Assembly: GCA_051746725.1 (NCBI GenBank)
Contig: JBNJFI010000004.1
Coordinates: 2,530 to 58,482, forward strand
Direction of reading: 5' to 3'
Source of the DNA: Fusobacteriota bacterium
Lineage (GTDB): Bacteria; Fusobacteriota; Fusobacteriia; Fusobacteriales; JBNJFI01
DNA length: 55,953 nucleotides
Shown here: in pieces, positions 1 to 9,974 of the stretch
Layout of the letters: each line of letters begins with the position of its first letter
Position numbering within the stretch: position 1 is the first letter of the stretch
Notes under the pieces: generated by a model
Databases searched by the model: none
The model's input: only the letters and a program-made list of their open reading frames with translations
Told to the model about the DNA's origin: nothing
Position numbers and translations under genes: made by a program

Positions 1-52
1 TTTAGATTAAGAAGTTTAGATAAAAAAGTATAAATTAAAGGAATCATAAATT

Positions 53-93
53 AAAAAGATGTAAAATACCAATAGGTATTTTACATCTTTTTT
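53..93. terminator. Bidirectional intrinsic terminator downstream of dusB
   Basis: AAAAAGATGTAAAATACC-aata-GGTATTTTACATCTTTTT, perfect stem with A and T tails on both sides. Confidence 0.85.
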
Positions 94-124
94 GATTAAA
101 ATATTCATTTATATTTAATTTCTC

Positions 125-1081
125 TTACTTTTTTCCCTGAATTTTTAGTTCATTTTTATACTCATTTAAAATTTTTTTAACTTCTTGTAATTTTTCTTTC
201 TGATTTATTATATCTTTAATACTTCGGCTGTTCTTTAATCCTTTAAGATACCATGAAATATGTTTTCGCATCTCTCTAACCCCAAATTCTTCTCCTTTTT
301 CTTCAACTGCATATTCTAGATGTTTAATTGCCATATCTATTTTATTAGAAGCAGTTACTTGTGTTCTTATTTCTCCATATTTAAATTTTTCCTTTATCTG
401 TTTTATTAACCAGGGATTCCCCATAATCCCTCTAGCCAACATAATAGCATCTACATTGGAGTATTTCACTTTCTCATATGCATCCTCTGCAGTGAAAATA
501 TCGCCATTTCCCACTATAGGAATACTTACTTTTTCTTTTATTTGTTTTATTATTTTCCAATCGGCTTCTCCAGTATACATTTGAGATTGAGTTCTACCAT
601 GAATAGTTAAAAACTCTAATCCAATATTCTCAGCCATTTTAGCTATTTTTAATGTATTTTTATGTTCTTTATATCCTATTCGTATTTTCAAAGATACAGG
701 TACGTCCAACTCTTTTTTTAAGGTCCTCATGAGTTTTTCTAAATGCTCAAAATCACCTAAAAGTGCTGATCCATATCCATTCTTTATAACTTTTTTGACA
801 GGACAACCTGCATTTACATCAATATGTTTTATCCCCAATGACTGAATATATTTTGCTGTTTTTAGCATTATATCTATATCTTTTCCAAATATTTGAACAG
901 CATCTCCTTCTAAAAAATTTAACATCTGCTCATGAGTTCTCTTATTATTCATAATAACTGCATTACTACTTATCATCTCTGTAAATATTAAATCTGGATT
1001 AAACTCTTTTAAAATTCTTCTATACGAGTAATCCGTTACTCCTGCCATAGGTGCTATGTATATTTTTATATTCTTTTTCAT
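125..1081 (-). CDS. dusB: tRNA-dihydrouridine synthase B
   Basis: APMAGVTD, NAGCP, LTIHGRT, VGNGDI, MLARG motifs; C-terminal EMRKHISWY. Confidence 0.93.
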   Translation of the reverse strand: MKKNIKIYIAPMAGVTDYSYRRILKEFNPDLIFTEMISSNAVIMNNKRTHEQMLNFLEGDAVQIFGKDIDIMLKTAKYIQSLGIKHIDVNAGCPVKKVIKNGYGSALLGDFEHLEKLMRTLKKELDVPVSLKIRIGYKEHKNTLKIAKMAENIGLEFLTIHGRTQSQMYTGEADWKIIKQIKEKVSIPIVGNGDIFTAEDAYEKVKYSNVDAIMLARGIMGNPWLIKQIKEKFKYGEIRTQVTASNKIDMAIKHLEYAVEEKGEEFGVREMRKHISWYLKGLKNSRSIKDIINQKEKLQEVKKILNEYKNELKIQGKK

Positions 1082-1099
1082 TCCATCTCCTATTATTAA

Positions 1100-2845
1100 T
1101 TATTCCATAAATTCTTTATATTCTTCTACTTTATCCTTCCCTGAATTTTTAGCAAAATACATTGCAGTATCAGCTCTTTCTATTAAGAATTTTTCGACAT
1201 CTTCTATATTTTTCCTTTCACATAAATCACCTGTATACTCACAAATACCCATACTAACTGTTATTTCAGTTTTTAATTTCATATTTTTTATCTTTTTTCT
1301 TAATTTCTCTGCATAATCATATGCAGATTGAATATCTGTTTCAGGTAAAATAATTGTGATTTCTTCTCCACCATATCTTCCTATAATATCATTCGTTCTA
1401 CTCTCTTCTTTTAATAACATACTTAATTTTTTAAGAACTTCATCACCATATTGATGCCCATATGTATCATTTTTTTCTTTAAAATCATCAATATCTAACA
1501 TAATGAGACTAAAATTACGATCATATCTTCTAGATCTAATAATCTCTTTTTCAAGCTCTTTTTTGAAAAAACTATGATTATATAAACCAGTTAAACCATC
1601 TCTTATTGCTCTCATGTATAATTTTTCTTTTTCTGCAACTAATTCTCTTAAATCCTGATTTTTCTCATTTATTATTTCATTTTTTTCATTTATATTTTCT
1701 ATATGCTCTCTAATTTTCAAAGACATTTTATTATAGGTATCAACTAAATCATTTAACTCCAATGGAAGATTTTTATTTTCTATTAGCTTATAATTTTTAT
1801 TCTTTAATATCTTCATGTGTTGTATTATCTTCCTAATTGGTAATACTATATATTTTTCCACCTGTCGTATACTTATCAAAAAAGTAGCTGTAAAAACAAA
1901 GGCTACTATTGAAAAAATTAATAAATTCAGATTTCTCTGTAATTGTCTAAAAACTGATATATCTTTAATAACCCCTAAATATGCAATAACCTCATTATCA
2001 AAGTTTTCTAAAGGCAAAATTTTCATACTCTGACTTTTATCTTGAATTTGAATTTCATTTACTTTATCGAAATTTTGAAAATCCAAATCATAATCAAATT
2101 CATCTAAATTAGCAAATGTATCTTCGATTATATTATAATCTTTATCCATTAAAATTAGATTATTTCTCTGTCCATGTTTCATAGAATTTAACACATTATT
2201 GTTTAACATAGAAGTTAATACTATTGCTCCCTCATCTCTTTTAAAATCATCTCCTAAACCTATAAACGTCTTATAAAAAAGTTTATTTTGGTTAAGTTCT
2301 AGATCTTGAATTATAGTATTTACAGGAAAATTTGTATTCTTTCCCAGTACATGTTCAACCCTTGGATCATAACTTAAAGTAGGAGCCATTCTATTGTCTC
2401 CCAGTGAGCCTGCCACTCTTATCCCATCTCTATTAAAGACCTCTACACCAGTCTCACGAGCTCTGGCTTGACTATGCATTGCTCTTCCCCAATAGTTAAG
2501 CATAACTATTTTATCAATTGGGTTTCTAATTTTTTTATACTTTACATTATAAATATCTTCATTAATTTTTTCTGCATTATATTCCATACCTGCTCTCTTT
2601 ATACCATATCTAACCATGTAGTTAATTTCTGCTGTTCTTGTTAACATATGCAAGAGAGCAGTTTCTTGTTCTTTATATTGCAATATATTTTCTCTTTGAT
2701 ATTCTAATTCTGTATTTAAATCACTTTCTATTATTTGATTTAGACTTCTATTTAAAAGATAGCTAACAGATATCATTACAGCCAAACCAGCAATTATCAT
2801 GGGTAATAATCTGTTTTTTATTGCAATATTTTTTAAGCTTTCCAT
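1100..2845 (-). CDS. Membrane sensor diguanylate cyclase (2 TM, periplasmic sensor, HAMP-like linker, coiled coil, GGDEF)
   Basis: DGLTGLYN, DIDDFKEKNDTYGH, RxxD I-site (RTND), RYGGEEI active-site motif, ADTAMYFAKNSGKD; two hydrophobic helices. Confidence 0.9.
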   Translation of the reverse strand: MESLKNIAIKNRLLPMIIAGLAVMISVSYLLNRSLNQIIESDLNTELEYQRENILQYKEQETALLHMLTRTAEINYMVRYGIKRAGMEYNAEKINEDIYNVKYKKIRNPIDKIVMLNYWGRAMHSQARARETGVEVFNRDGIRVAGSLGDNRMAPTLSYDPRVEHVLGKNTNFPVNTIIQDLELNQNKLFYKTFIGLGDDFKRDEGAIVLTSMLNNNVLNSMKHGQRNNLILMDKDYNIIEDTFANLDEFDYDLDFQNFDKVNEIQIQDKSQSMKILPLENFDNEVIAYLGVIKDISVFRQLQRNLNLLIFSIVAFVFTATFLISIRQVEKYIVLPIRKIIQHMKILKNKNYKLIENKNLPLELNDLVDTYNKMSLKIREHIENINEKNEIINEKNQDLRELVAEKEKLYMRAIRDGLTGLYNHSFFKKELEKEIIRSRRYDRNFSLIMLDIDDFKEKNDTYGHQYGDEVLKKLSMLLKEESRTNDIIGRYGGEEITIILPETDIQSAYDYAEKLRKKIKNMKLKTEITVSMGICEYTGDLCERKNIEDVEKFLIERADTAMYFAKNSGKDKVEEYKEFME

Positions 2846-3046
2846 ATTATCCCCTTTATTATATAATTATTATTTTTATATCTTTTAATTTACCTTTTAA
2901 TCATTTTTTACTTCTTGTAATTTTATCGTTTAGGTTTATTTATTCTTTTATATTTTTTTCTGAATATTACATTATTTAATTATATAATAAATTTTATTAA
3001 AAATCAAAGTTAATTTTATTAAAGTAGGAAAAAATGTACAACAAAA

Positions 3047-3976
3047 TCAAATATTGCTAACTAAAATTATTAATAAATAACTAAGTCCTCCTGAAATTAA
3101 AATAGAATATATCCACCCCTTCATAATTTTACTAATGATATTAAATTTTATACTCCTTAATCCAGAATGGAATCCTATTCCCATAACTCCTCCAACTATA
3201 CCTTGAGAACTAGAGACAGGCACTCCATATAATGCATAAATATGAATCACTATAGCTGTTGATAATACCGCTATCAATGCTCCAGCATTATCCAATTTTG
3301 TAATATCATTTCCAACGGTATTCATAACTTTTTTGCTATAAGTTATTATTCCCAAGGAAATTGATACGCCTCCTAGTAGCAGCCACATATTCATAGACAA
3401 GGAATTAGATCCCACAAAAACTCCTACAACATTTGCAACATTATTAGCTCCTAGACTATAGCTTCCATATATTCCAACTAATATAATCCCTATTTTTATA
3501 AATTTTTCAAATATATATATGTTTTTAATGTGTTTTTTTATATTATTTAAATATATATAATATAAAAAATAGGCAATTATAAAAGATCCAATAGGACTTG
3601 CAAACCAAGATATAAAAATTTTATATAAAGGTCTTATATTTATATCTCCTTTCATGACTCCTGATACAATTATTCCGGATAATATCGCATGGGTAGTCGA
3701 TACAGGTATCTTAAAAAAGGTCATTAAAAATACTGATAATCCTGCTGATATACCTATTATAACCGCTATCGTTATTTCCATCTGACCATTTATATTTTGA
3801 TAAGTTTGTACCCCTGCTTCTCCTCTAATTATTGCTCCTAGAATCACAAAAACTGAAGATATTATTGCTGCGTTTATAAATTTTAGTATATTATTACTTA
3901 CTGCTGTTCCAAATATATTTGCAGCATCATTGGAACCTAAATTCCATCCTAAAAAAATTGCTACTAAGATCCCCAT
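3047..3976 (-). CDS. Inorganic phosphate transporter, PiT family
   Basis: GSNDAAN and GANNVAN signature repeats, PVSTTH/PVSSSQ motifs, highly hydrophobic. Confidence 0.92.
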   Translation of the reverse strand: MGILVAIFLGWNLGSNDAANIFGTAVSNNILKFINAAIISSVFVILGAIIRGEAGVQTYQNINGQMEITIAVIIGISAGLSVFLMTFFKIPVSTTHAILSGIIVSGVMKGDINIRPLYKIFISWFASPIGSFIIAYFLYYIYLNNIKKHIKNIYIFEKFIKIGIILVGIYGSYSLGANNVANVVGVFVGSNSLSMNMWLLLGGVSISLGIITYSKKVMNTVGNDITKLDNAGALIAVLSTAIVIHIYALYGVPVSSSQGIVGGVMGIGFHSGLRSIKFNIISKIMKGWIYSILISGGLSYLLIILVSNI

Positions 3977-3981
3977 ACTAT

Positions 3982-4617
3982 CTACATCCCTCTAATTATA
4001 GAAATTTTTTCAATTTCATCCCCTACATCCTCTATTATATCAGAAATATTGGCTACCATATTTATAAAATCTCTATAATATAACTTTTTTGACAACTCTA
4101 TATCCATATTTCTTAATTTTGTTAAGTATTTCATTTCAAGTGTATCTATTCTATCTTCAGATATTTCCAGCGATTTTGCCTTTTCATACGCCTTATCAAA
4201 ATCAATAAATATATTTTTCAATGCAACATCTAAAGTCCTAACTTGAAGCATGGTTATTTCCAAAATATCTTCTATTACTTTTACATCTAAAATAGTTTTG
4301 TCAATTTTATTTTCCAATATTCTATCTATAAATTTTTCAGATTTATTTGCAATTTTATCTATACTTTCAGTTAATTTCAAAAAATCTGCACTAGTTGTAT
4401 TCAATAAGTTTCCTTCTAATATTTCTCGAATTGTTTCTCGTCTTATTGCATCTGCCTCATCCTCAAGGCTATGAACTCTTTCAAAATGGTTTTCCACTTC
4501 TCTATCCATACCATTTTTTATATATCTAATTAATCCAATTTTAAACTCTTTAAACGCTTCTACTACTTTTTCTGAATGCTTCAAGATTTTCTCTTCTACT
4601 TTTTCTAAACTGCTCAT
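3982..4617 (-). CDS. DUF47 / PhoU-like PiT accessory phosphate transport regulator
   Basis: Duplicated helical ExxxD motifs (LEDEADAIRR, SEDRIDTLE, ISDIIEDVGD); adjacent to the PiT gene. Confidence 0.88.
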   Translation of the reverse strand: MSSLEKVEEKILKHSEKVVEAFKEFKIGLIRYIKNGMDREVENHFERVHSLEDEADAIRRETIREILEGNLLNTTSADFLKLTESIDKIANKSEKFIDRILENKIDKTILDVKVIEDILEITMLQVRTLDVALKNIFIDFDKAYEKAKSLEISEDRIDTLEMKYLTKLRNMDIELSKKLYYRDFINMVANISDIIEDVGDEIEKISIIRGM

Positions 4618-4630
4618 CTTTATCTTCTCC

Positions 4631-5947
4631 TTACAATAATTTAGCTGCTAATTCTGCTAATTCTGAACGTTCTCCCTTTATAAAGGTTATATGCCCAGAT
4701 ATCTCTTCTTTTTTGAAACGCTCTGCTAAATAGGTCAAACCATTTGTATTGGCATCTAGATATGGATTGTCTATTTGATAAGGATCTCCTGTAAATACAA
4801 TTTTAGTATCCTCGCCTGCTCTTGTTACTATTGTTTTTATTTCATGCGGAGTTAAATTTTGAGCTTCATCTATTATTATAAATCCTTGTGGAATAGATCT
4901 TCCTCTAATATAAGTTATTGCTTCTACTTTTAATTTCCCCATACTTTCCAAAGAATTTATGACATTTTCACTTTCACGTTCAGATCGATTTTCTGTCAAA
5001 AAAGTGAAGTTATCATATATTGGTTGCATCCAAGGTCTCAATTTATCCTTTTCACTACCAGGTAAATACCCTATATCTTTTCCCATTGGCATTATCGGTC
5101 TAGCTACAAATAATTTTTTATAATCCTTTTTTTCTACTACCTGTTCTAAACCCGTTGCCAAAGCTAAAAGAGTTTTTCCTGTTCCTGCTTTTCCAATCAA
5201 AGTTACAATTTTTATATCTGTATTCATAAGCATATCCATGGCAAACCTTTGTTCTCTATTTCTTGCTGTTAACCCCCATGGTTGAGATTTTTCATATCTT
5301 AACTTTTGAATTCTATCTCTAGATTTATTATATATAGCCAATGCACTCTTATTTCCAATATTAGATTTCAAATTTATAAATTCATTTGCGCTAATGTCCT
5401 CTTTTAATATCGAACTGGCTTTTATATGTCCATTTTCAAAAAACTCATCTATGTATTTATCTTCTACTTTGACCTCTTTTTCTCCACTGTACAATTCATC
5501 TAATTTAACAGAATCAGTTTCATAATCTTCTACTTTAATTTTTAAAGAATCTGCTTTTATTCGTAAGTTTAAGTCTTTAGTTACGACAATTACACTACTA
5601 TCTTTATTTTTGTTGTGTAAATATTGGGCAACTGCTAAAATTCTATTATCCATTAGATCTCGATTTAGAGCATCTGGTAGTTTTTTTACATCTCCTTCAT
5701 TTTCTACTCGTATCTTTCCTCCATTATCTAGATTGACCCAATCAGAGATACTCCCTCTTTCTCTTAAATTGTCGATATTCCTGGCAACTTTTCTTGCTGC
5801 TCTTCCAACGTCATTTTGGTTCTTTTTTAATTTATCTATCTCTTCGATGACATATATCGGCAATACCACCTCATTGTCTTCGAAGCTAAAAATTGCATTT
5901 GGATCATGAATTAAAACATTGGTATCTAAAACATAAGTCTTTACCAT
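4631..5947 (-). CDS. PIN-PhoH fusion protein (PhoH2/YlaK family)
   Basis: N-terminal PIN domain (YVLDTNVL, DNRIL, VTKDLNLRIKA); Walker A GKAGTGKT; IRGRS; IIIDEAQN. Confidence 0.93.
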   Translation of the reverse strand: MVKTYVLDTNVLIHDPNAIFSFEDNEVVLPIYVIEEIDKLKKNQNDVGRAARKVARNIDNLRERGSISDWVNLDNGGKIRVENEGDVKKLPDALNRDLMDNRILAVAQYLHNKNKDSSVIVVTKDLNLRIKADSLKIKVEDYETDSVKLDELYSGEKEVKVEDKYIDEFFENGHIKASSILKEDISANEFINLKSNIGNKSALAIYNKSRDRIQKLRYEKSQPWGLTARNREQRFAMDMLMNTDIKIVTLIGKAGTGKTLLALATGLEQVVEKKDYKKLFVARPIMPMGKDIGYLPGSEKDKLRPWMQPIYDNFTFLTENRSERESENVINSLESMGKLKVEAITYIRGRSIPQGFIIIDEAQNLTPHEIKTIVTRAGEDTKIVFTGDPYQIDNPYLDANTNGLTYLAERFKKEEISGHITFIKGERSELAELAAKLL

Positions 5948-6096
5948 AATAATCTCCTCCTCATTTTATAATATTTTATATTGCTCATATTAAATTATAC
6001 AAAATAAAATATTATTTCCTTTAAATTCAAATGATAATTTATAAAAATTATTTGACTCATGATATTTAAATTTTTATTATTATTTTTCTAAATATC

Positions 6097-6134
6097 AAAA
6101 AAGAGCCAAAGGTTACAAATCCCTTTGACTCTTT
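6097..6134 (-). terminator. Intrinsic terminator after typA
   Basis: AAAAAAGAGCCAAAGG...CCTTTGACTCTTT inverted repeat with a U-tract on the minus strand. Confidence 0.75.
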
Positions 6135-6162
6135 AATTATTTTAATTACATTATTATTTAGT

Positions 6163-7971
6163 TTATTTTTTTCGTCCTGCTCTTTTTCTCATTTTAGGAT
6201 CAAGTATTTTCTTTCTTAATCTTATACTTTCAGGAGTTATTTCTACTAATTCATCATCTGATATATATTCTAAGGATTGCTCTAAACTCATCTCAATAGG
6301 AGGAGCCAAATTAACAGCATCATCTGCAGCTGCTGATCTTACATTGGTAAGTTTTTTTCCTTTGCATACATTTAAAACTAAGTCATTCTCTCTATTATTA
6401 GCTCCAATTACCATTCCTTGATATACTTTTACACCTGGCTTTATAAACATAGATCCTCTATCTTGAAAATTATTTAAAGAATATGCAGTAGCCTCCCCTT
6501 TTTCAAGAGCTACTAAAGAACCATTCATTCTTGTTGGAATTTCTCCTTTATAATATTCATACTCATAAAAACTATGATTTAAAGTCCCTGTTCCTTTGGT
6601 GATCGTCATAAATTCATTACTAAACCCTATTAGACCTCGTGCTGGGATTTTGAATTCCAATCTAGTATATCCATCAGAGCCTTGTTCCATATTCAACATC
6701 TCACCTTTTCTTGCCCCAAACCTTTCAATTATTGTACCTACGAATTCAGAATCCACATCTACTATTGCTAATTCTATTGGTTCCATTTTTTTTCCATCTA
6801 CTTCTTTTAATAATACCTCAGGCTTAGAAACTTGAAGTTCATATCCTTCTCTTCTCATATTTTCTATTAAAATTCCCAATTGTAATTCTCCACGTCCTTT
6901 TACAACAAAAGCATCAGCAGAGTCTGTCTCTTCAACTACTAAACTTACATTTGTCTTTAATTCATCCTGTAATCTATCCCATATTTTTCTAGAAGTAACA
7001 TATTCTCCTTCTTGTCCTGCAAATGGAGAATCATTTACTTTAAAAGTCATTCCAACAGTTGGTTTATCAATATCTATTGAAGGTAATGGTTTAGGATTAG
7101 CTTCATCTGCCACTGTTTCCCCAACGTCTATCTTTTCAAGTCCAGCAATTGTAACTATATCTCCTGCTGTAGCATGATTAACTTCAACTTTTTCCAAACC
7201 ACTATAACTATATATCTTAGAAATTCTATATTCCAATCTTTCTCCATCTTTTTTGAGAAGTAATACTTTATCTCCTAAATTAACCTCTCCGTTATGTATT
7301 TTTCCTAGCCCCATTTTACCTAGATAATTACTATATTCAACATTTGTTACTAAAAATTGAAATGGCTTTTCTGGATCCCCTTCTGGTTCTTTTACGTTTT
7401 CAATTATTGTATCTAGAACAGGTAAAATATTATCATTTTCTTCATTAATATCTTTAGTTGCTACTCCATTTAAAGCTGAAGCATACACAACTGGAAAATC
7501 AAGTTGACTGTCATTTGCATCTAAATCAACAAATAGGTCAAACAATTCATCAACTACTTCATCTGGTCTACTATTTGGTCTATCTATTTTATTTATAATT
7601 ACTATTGGATCAAGACCTAGTTCCAAAGATTTTTTCAAAACATATTTTGTCTGTGGCATAACTCCTTCAAATGCATCTACTACAAGCAAAACTGAATCTA
7701 CCATTTTTAATATTCTTTGAACTTCTCCTCCAAAATCAGCATGCCCTGGAGTATCAACTAAATTAATTTTATAATCCTTATAATTAACAGCTGCATTTTT
7801 AGAAAATATTGTAATTCCTCTTTCTTTTTCCAAATCATCCGAATCCATAACTCTTTCTGCAACCTCTTCGTGTTCCGTAAAAGTTCCTGATTGTTTTAAT
7901 ATCGCATCTACCAAAGTTGTCTTTCCGTGATCAACATGAGCAATAATTGCTATGTTTTTAATTTTTTTCAT
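6163..7971 (-). CDS. typA: Translational GTPase TypA/BipA
   Basis: AHVDHGKTT, DTPGHADFGGEV, NKID, GRGELQL, C-terminal DDELVEITPESIRLRK. Confidence 0.97.
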   Translation of the reverse strand: MKKIKNIAIIAHVDHGKTTLVDAILKQSGTFTEHEEVAERVMDSDDLEKERGITIFSKNAAVNYKDYKINLVDTPGHADFGGEVQRILKMVDSVLLVVDAFEGVMPQTKYVLKKSLELGLDPIVIINKIDRPNSRPDEVVDELFDLFVDLDANDSQLDFPVVYASALNGVATKDINEENDNILPVLDTIIENVKEPEGDPEKPFQFLVTNVEYSNYLGKMGLGKIHNGEVNLGDKVLLLKKDGERLEYRISKIYSYSGLEKVEVNHATAGDIVTIAGLEKIDVGETVADEANPKPLPSIDIDKPTVGMTFKVNDSPFAGQEGEYVTSRKIWDRLQDELKTNVSLVVEETDSADAFVVKGRGELQLGILIENMRREGYELQVSKPEVLLKEVDGKKMEPIELAIVDVDSEFVGTIIERFGARKGEMLNMEQGSDGYTRLEFKIPARGLIGFSNEFMTITKGTGTLNHSFYEYEYYKGEIPTRMNGSLVALEKGEATAYSLNNFQDRGSMFIKPGVKVYQGMVIGANNRENDLVLNVCKGKKLTNVRSAAADDAVNLAPPIEMSLEQSLEYISDDELVEITPESIRLRKKILDPKMRKRAGRKK

Positions 7972-8029
7972 TCTTTCCTCCTGTATTTTTAATTTACTTT
8001 TAAAATTTTTTTAATTTTTTATTTAATTT

Positions 8030-8911
8030 TTAACTAACAATAAAATATTTATACCCTTTTAATCTATTTTCTACCACTTGTCCTAGACCTAAAAAAACAT
8101 CTTTTTCATATATTCGATATTTTCCATCTTCTTTTTTGATGACAACAGTATTTCCATTTTTAAATAATTTCTTATCCCTTTGGGTTTCTAAGTTAAGTCT
8201 CTTTAAATTAGAAAAACTTTCCTCTATACTTTTAATAAAACTGAAATCATTTTTTTCTTTCATCTCTTCCAATTCTTTTAACGTAAAAGTATCTTCCAAT
8301 TTATAACCTCCTACCCGTGTTCTAACTAAATCTGTCATCGTAGCATAAGTTTTCAAATCTTTTCCAATATCATTAATTAAGGTTCTTATATAAGTTCCCT
8401 TAGATACAACTGTTTCAAAAACAACTTTTTTGCCATCATAATCAATTAAATCTATCTTATCTATTTTAATCTTTCTAGCTTTTCGTTCAACTTTTTTATT
8501 CTCTCTAGCATACTCATATAATTTTTTTCCGTTAACCTTTACCGCAGAATACATGGGAGGTATCTGGGTTTGTTCTCCTAAATAACTTTTTAAAATTTTT
8601 TCAACTTTTTCTTTAGAAACTTCAAAACTATCAACTTTATTTTCTATTTTTCCTTCAGTATCATAAGTGTCAGTAGAATAACCTAATTCCATTGTTGCTC
8701 GATAAACTTTCTCTTTACCTACTATTTCTGAAACTAATTTCGTAGCTCTCCCAATACAAATTACTAAAACTCCTGTTGCCAAAGGATCAAGAGTTCCTGT
8801 ATGACCTATGCGTTTCATATTTAATAATTTTTTTAAATTTCGAATAACATCATATGAAGTTATTCCTTTAGGTTTATTTATATTAATGATTCCTATCTTT
8901 TTTGATTCCAT
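8030..8911 (-). CDS. truB: tRNA pseudouridine(55) synthase
   Basis: NKPKGITS, GHTGTLDPLATGVL, PPMYSAVKVNG, SKGTYIR; start moved to ATG 8911 after a GAGGAG RBS. Confidence 0.95.
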   Translation of the reverse strand: MESKKIGIININKPKGITSYDVIRNLKKLLNMKRIGHTGTLDPLATGVLVICIGRATKLVSEIVGKEKVYRATMELGYSTDTYDTEGKIENKVDSFEVSKEKVEKILKSYLGEQTQIPPMYSAVKVNGKKLYEYARENKKVERKARKIKIDKIDLIDYDGKKVVFETVVSKGTYIRTLINDIGKDLKTYATMTDLVRTRVGGYKLEDTFTLKELEEMKEKNDFSFIKSIEESFSNLKRLNLETQRDKKLFKNGNTVVIKKEDGKYRIYEKDVFLGLGQVVENRLKGYKYFIVS

Positions 8912-8945
8912 TCCATCTCCTCTAAATATAACCATCTTTATCTTT

Positions 8946-9797
8946 TTAGGTTATATCTTTTAATATCCTTTTTCTATCTTTATAAGTCGCAATTTTTTTA
9001 TATCCATACTTTTTTGCATATTCAATTGCCATATCATTATATTTTCCTGCATCTTCTGGTCTATGTGCATCAGAAGAAGTAATTATCGGGACTTTCTTTT
9101 TTGAAGCTATTTTCATAAACTCTGGATAAGGGGATATCTCTTTAATTGGATATCTATAATACGTTCCTGTATTTATATCAATTGCCATATCATTTTTAAC
9201 TAAGCTATCTATGGCTTGATTAATTAAACCCCTTATATCGTCTTTAGGAATGTAATTATATAATCTTAAGTTAAATGGATGACCTAATATATCATATAAT
9301 CCACTGCTCGCCATCTTTTTGATCTCATCTACATATTTTTGATATACTTTCATAATATCTCTTTTTTCCCATTCTTTTTTAATTGCAGATGAATCATATG
9401 CCCAACCATCTATAAAATGAATAGATCCTATAATATAATCAAAATCATATTTAGATAAAATCTCTTTTACCTTTTCTTGATCTTTAAAATTACATACTTC
9501 CAAACCTAATTTAACAGGATATCCTTTTTCCTTTAAATGATTTATAAAATCAACATACTCATCTATTGTATTTTTAAATTTATTCTTTTTTAACCATTTT
9601 TTTTGAAATTTACCAACAAAACTATCATCTAATATTAGATCTTCATAATATAAATCTTTGAATTCTGAAAATCCATGGCTATGTTCAGATATTCCTATCT
9701 CGTCAATTCCCCTTTTTTGAGCTGCTTCAAAAAAGCCTTTTACCCAATCTTCATTATAGCTTCCATATTCAAAATGCATATGATAATCTATTCGCAC
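8946..9797 (-). CDS. PHP-domain phosphoesterase, histidinol-phosphatase (HisJ/HisK)-like
   Basis: DYHMH, SEH, GLE, GSIH, GHP, SSDAH metal-binding motifs; GTG start with GGAGG RBS; substrate not determinable. Confidence 0.8.
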   Translation of the reverse strand: MRIDYHMHFEYGSYNEDWVKGFFEAAQKRGIDEIGISEHSHGFSEFKDLYYEDLILDDSFVGKFQKKWLKKNKFKNTIDEYVDFINHLKEKGYPVKLGLEVCNFKDQEKVKEILSKYDFDYIIGSIHFIDGWAYDSSAIKKEWEKRDIMKVYQKYVDEIKKMASSGLYDILGHPFNLRLYNYIPKDDIRGLINQAIDSLVKNDMAIDINTGTYYRYPIKEISPYPEFMKIASKKKVPIITSSDAHRPEDAGKYNDMAIEYAKKYGYKKIATYKDRKRILKDIT

Positions 9798-9851
9798 ATT
9801 AACCTCCTACTTTTTCTTAAAAATCTATATTTTAGATATAAAATCAACCCC

Positions 9852-9883
9852 AAAATAAAAGCTGGCACCAATTAGTACCAGCT
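9852..9883 (-). terminator. Probable intrinsic terminator after glmS
   Basis: Minus strand AGCTGGTAC-taattg-GTGCCAGCT followed by TTTATTTT. Confidence 0.7.
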
Positions 9884-9974
9884 ATCTGTTACCTTTGACA
9901 TATCTCTTTTAGTTTATTATCTTAATTTTTGATTTTCATTTTTATATTTATAAGTATAATTAGCTTCCAGTACT

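Noticed and set aside
1..33. Possible 3' end of a convergent plus-strand gene (FRLRSLDKKV*)
   Set aside because: Consistent with the bidirectional terminator at 53-93, but ten codons are too few to support a call
4631..6096. PIN-PhoH as the toxin of a toxin-antitoxin pair
   Set aside because: No upstream antitoxin-sized ORF; the context is a phosphate-transport operon
9798..9974. Riboswitch or small ORF between glmS and the PHP gene
   Set aside because: Only a simple terminator hairpin is evident; no aptamer consensus recognised
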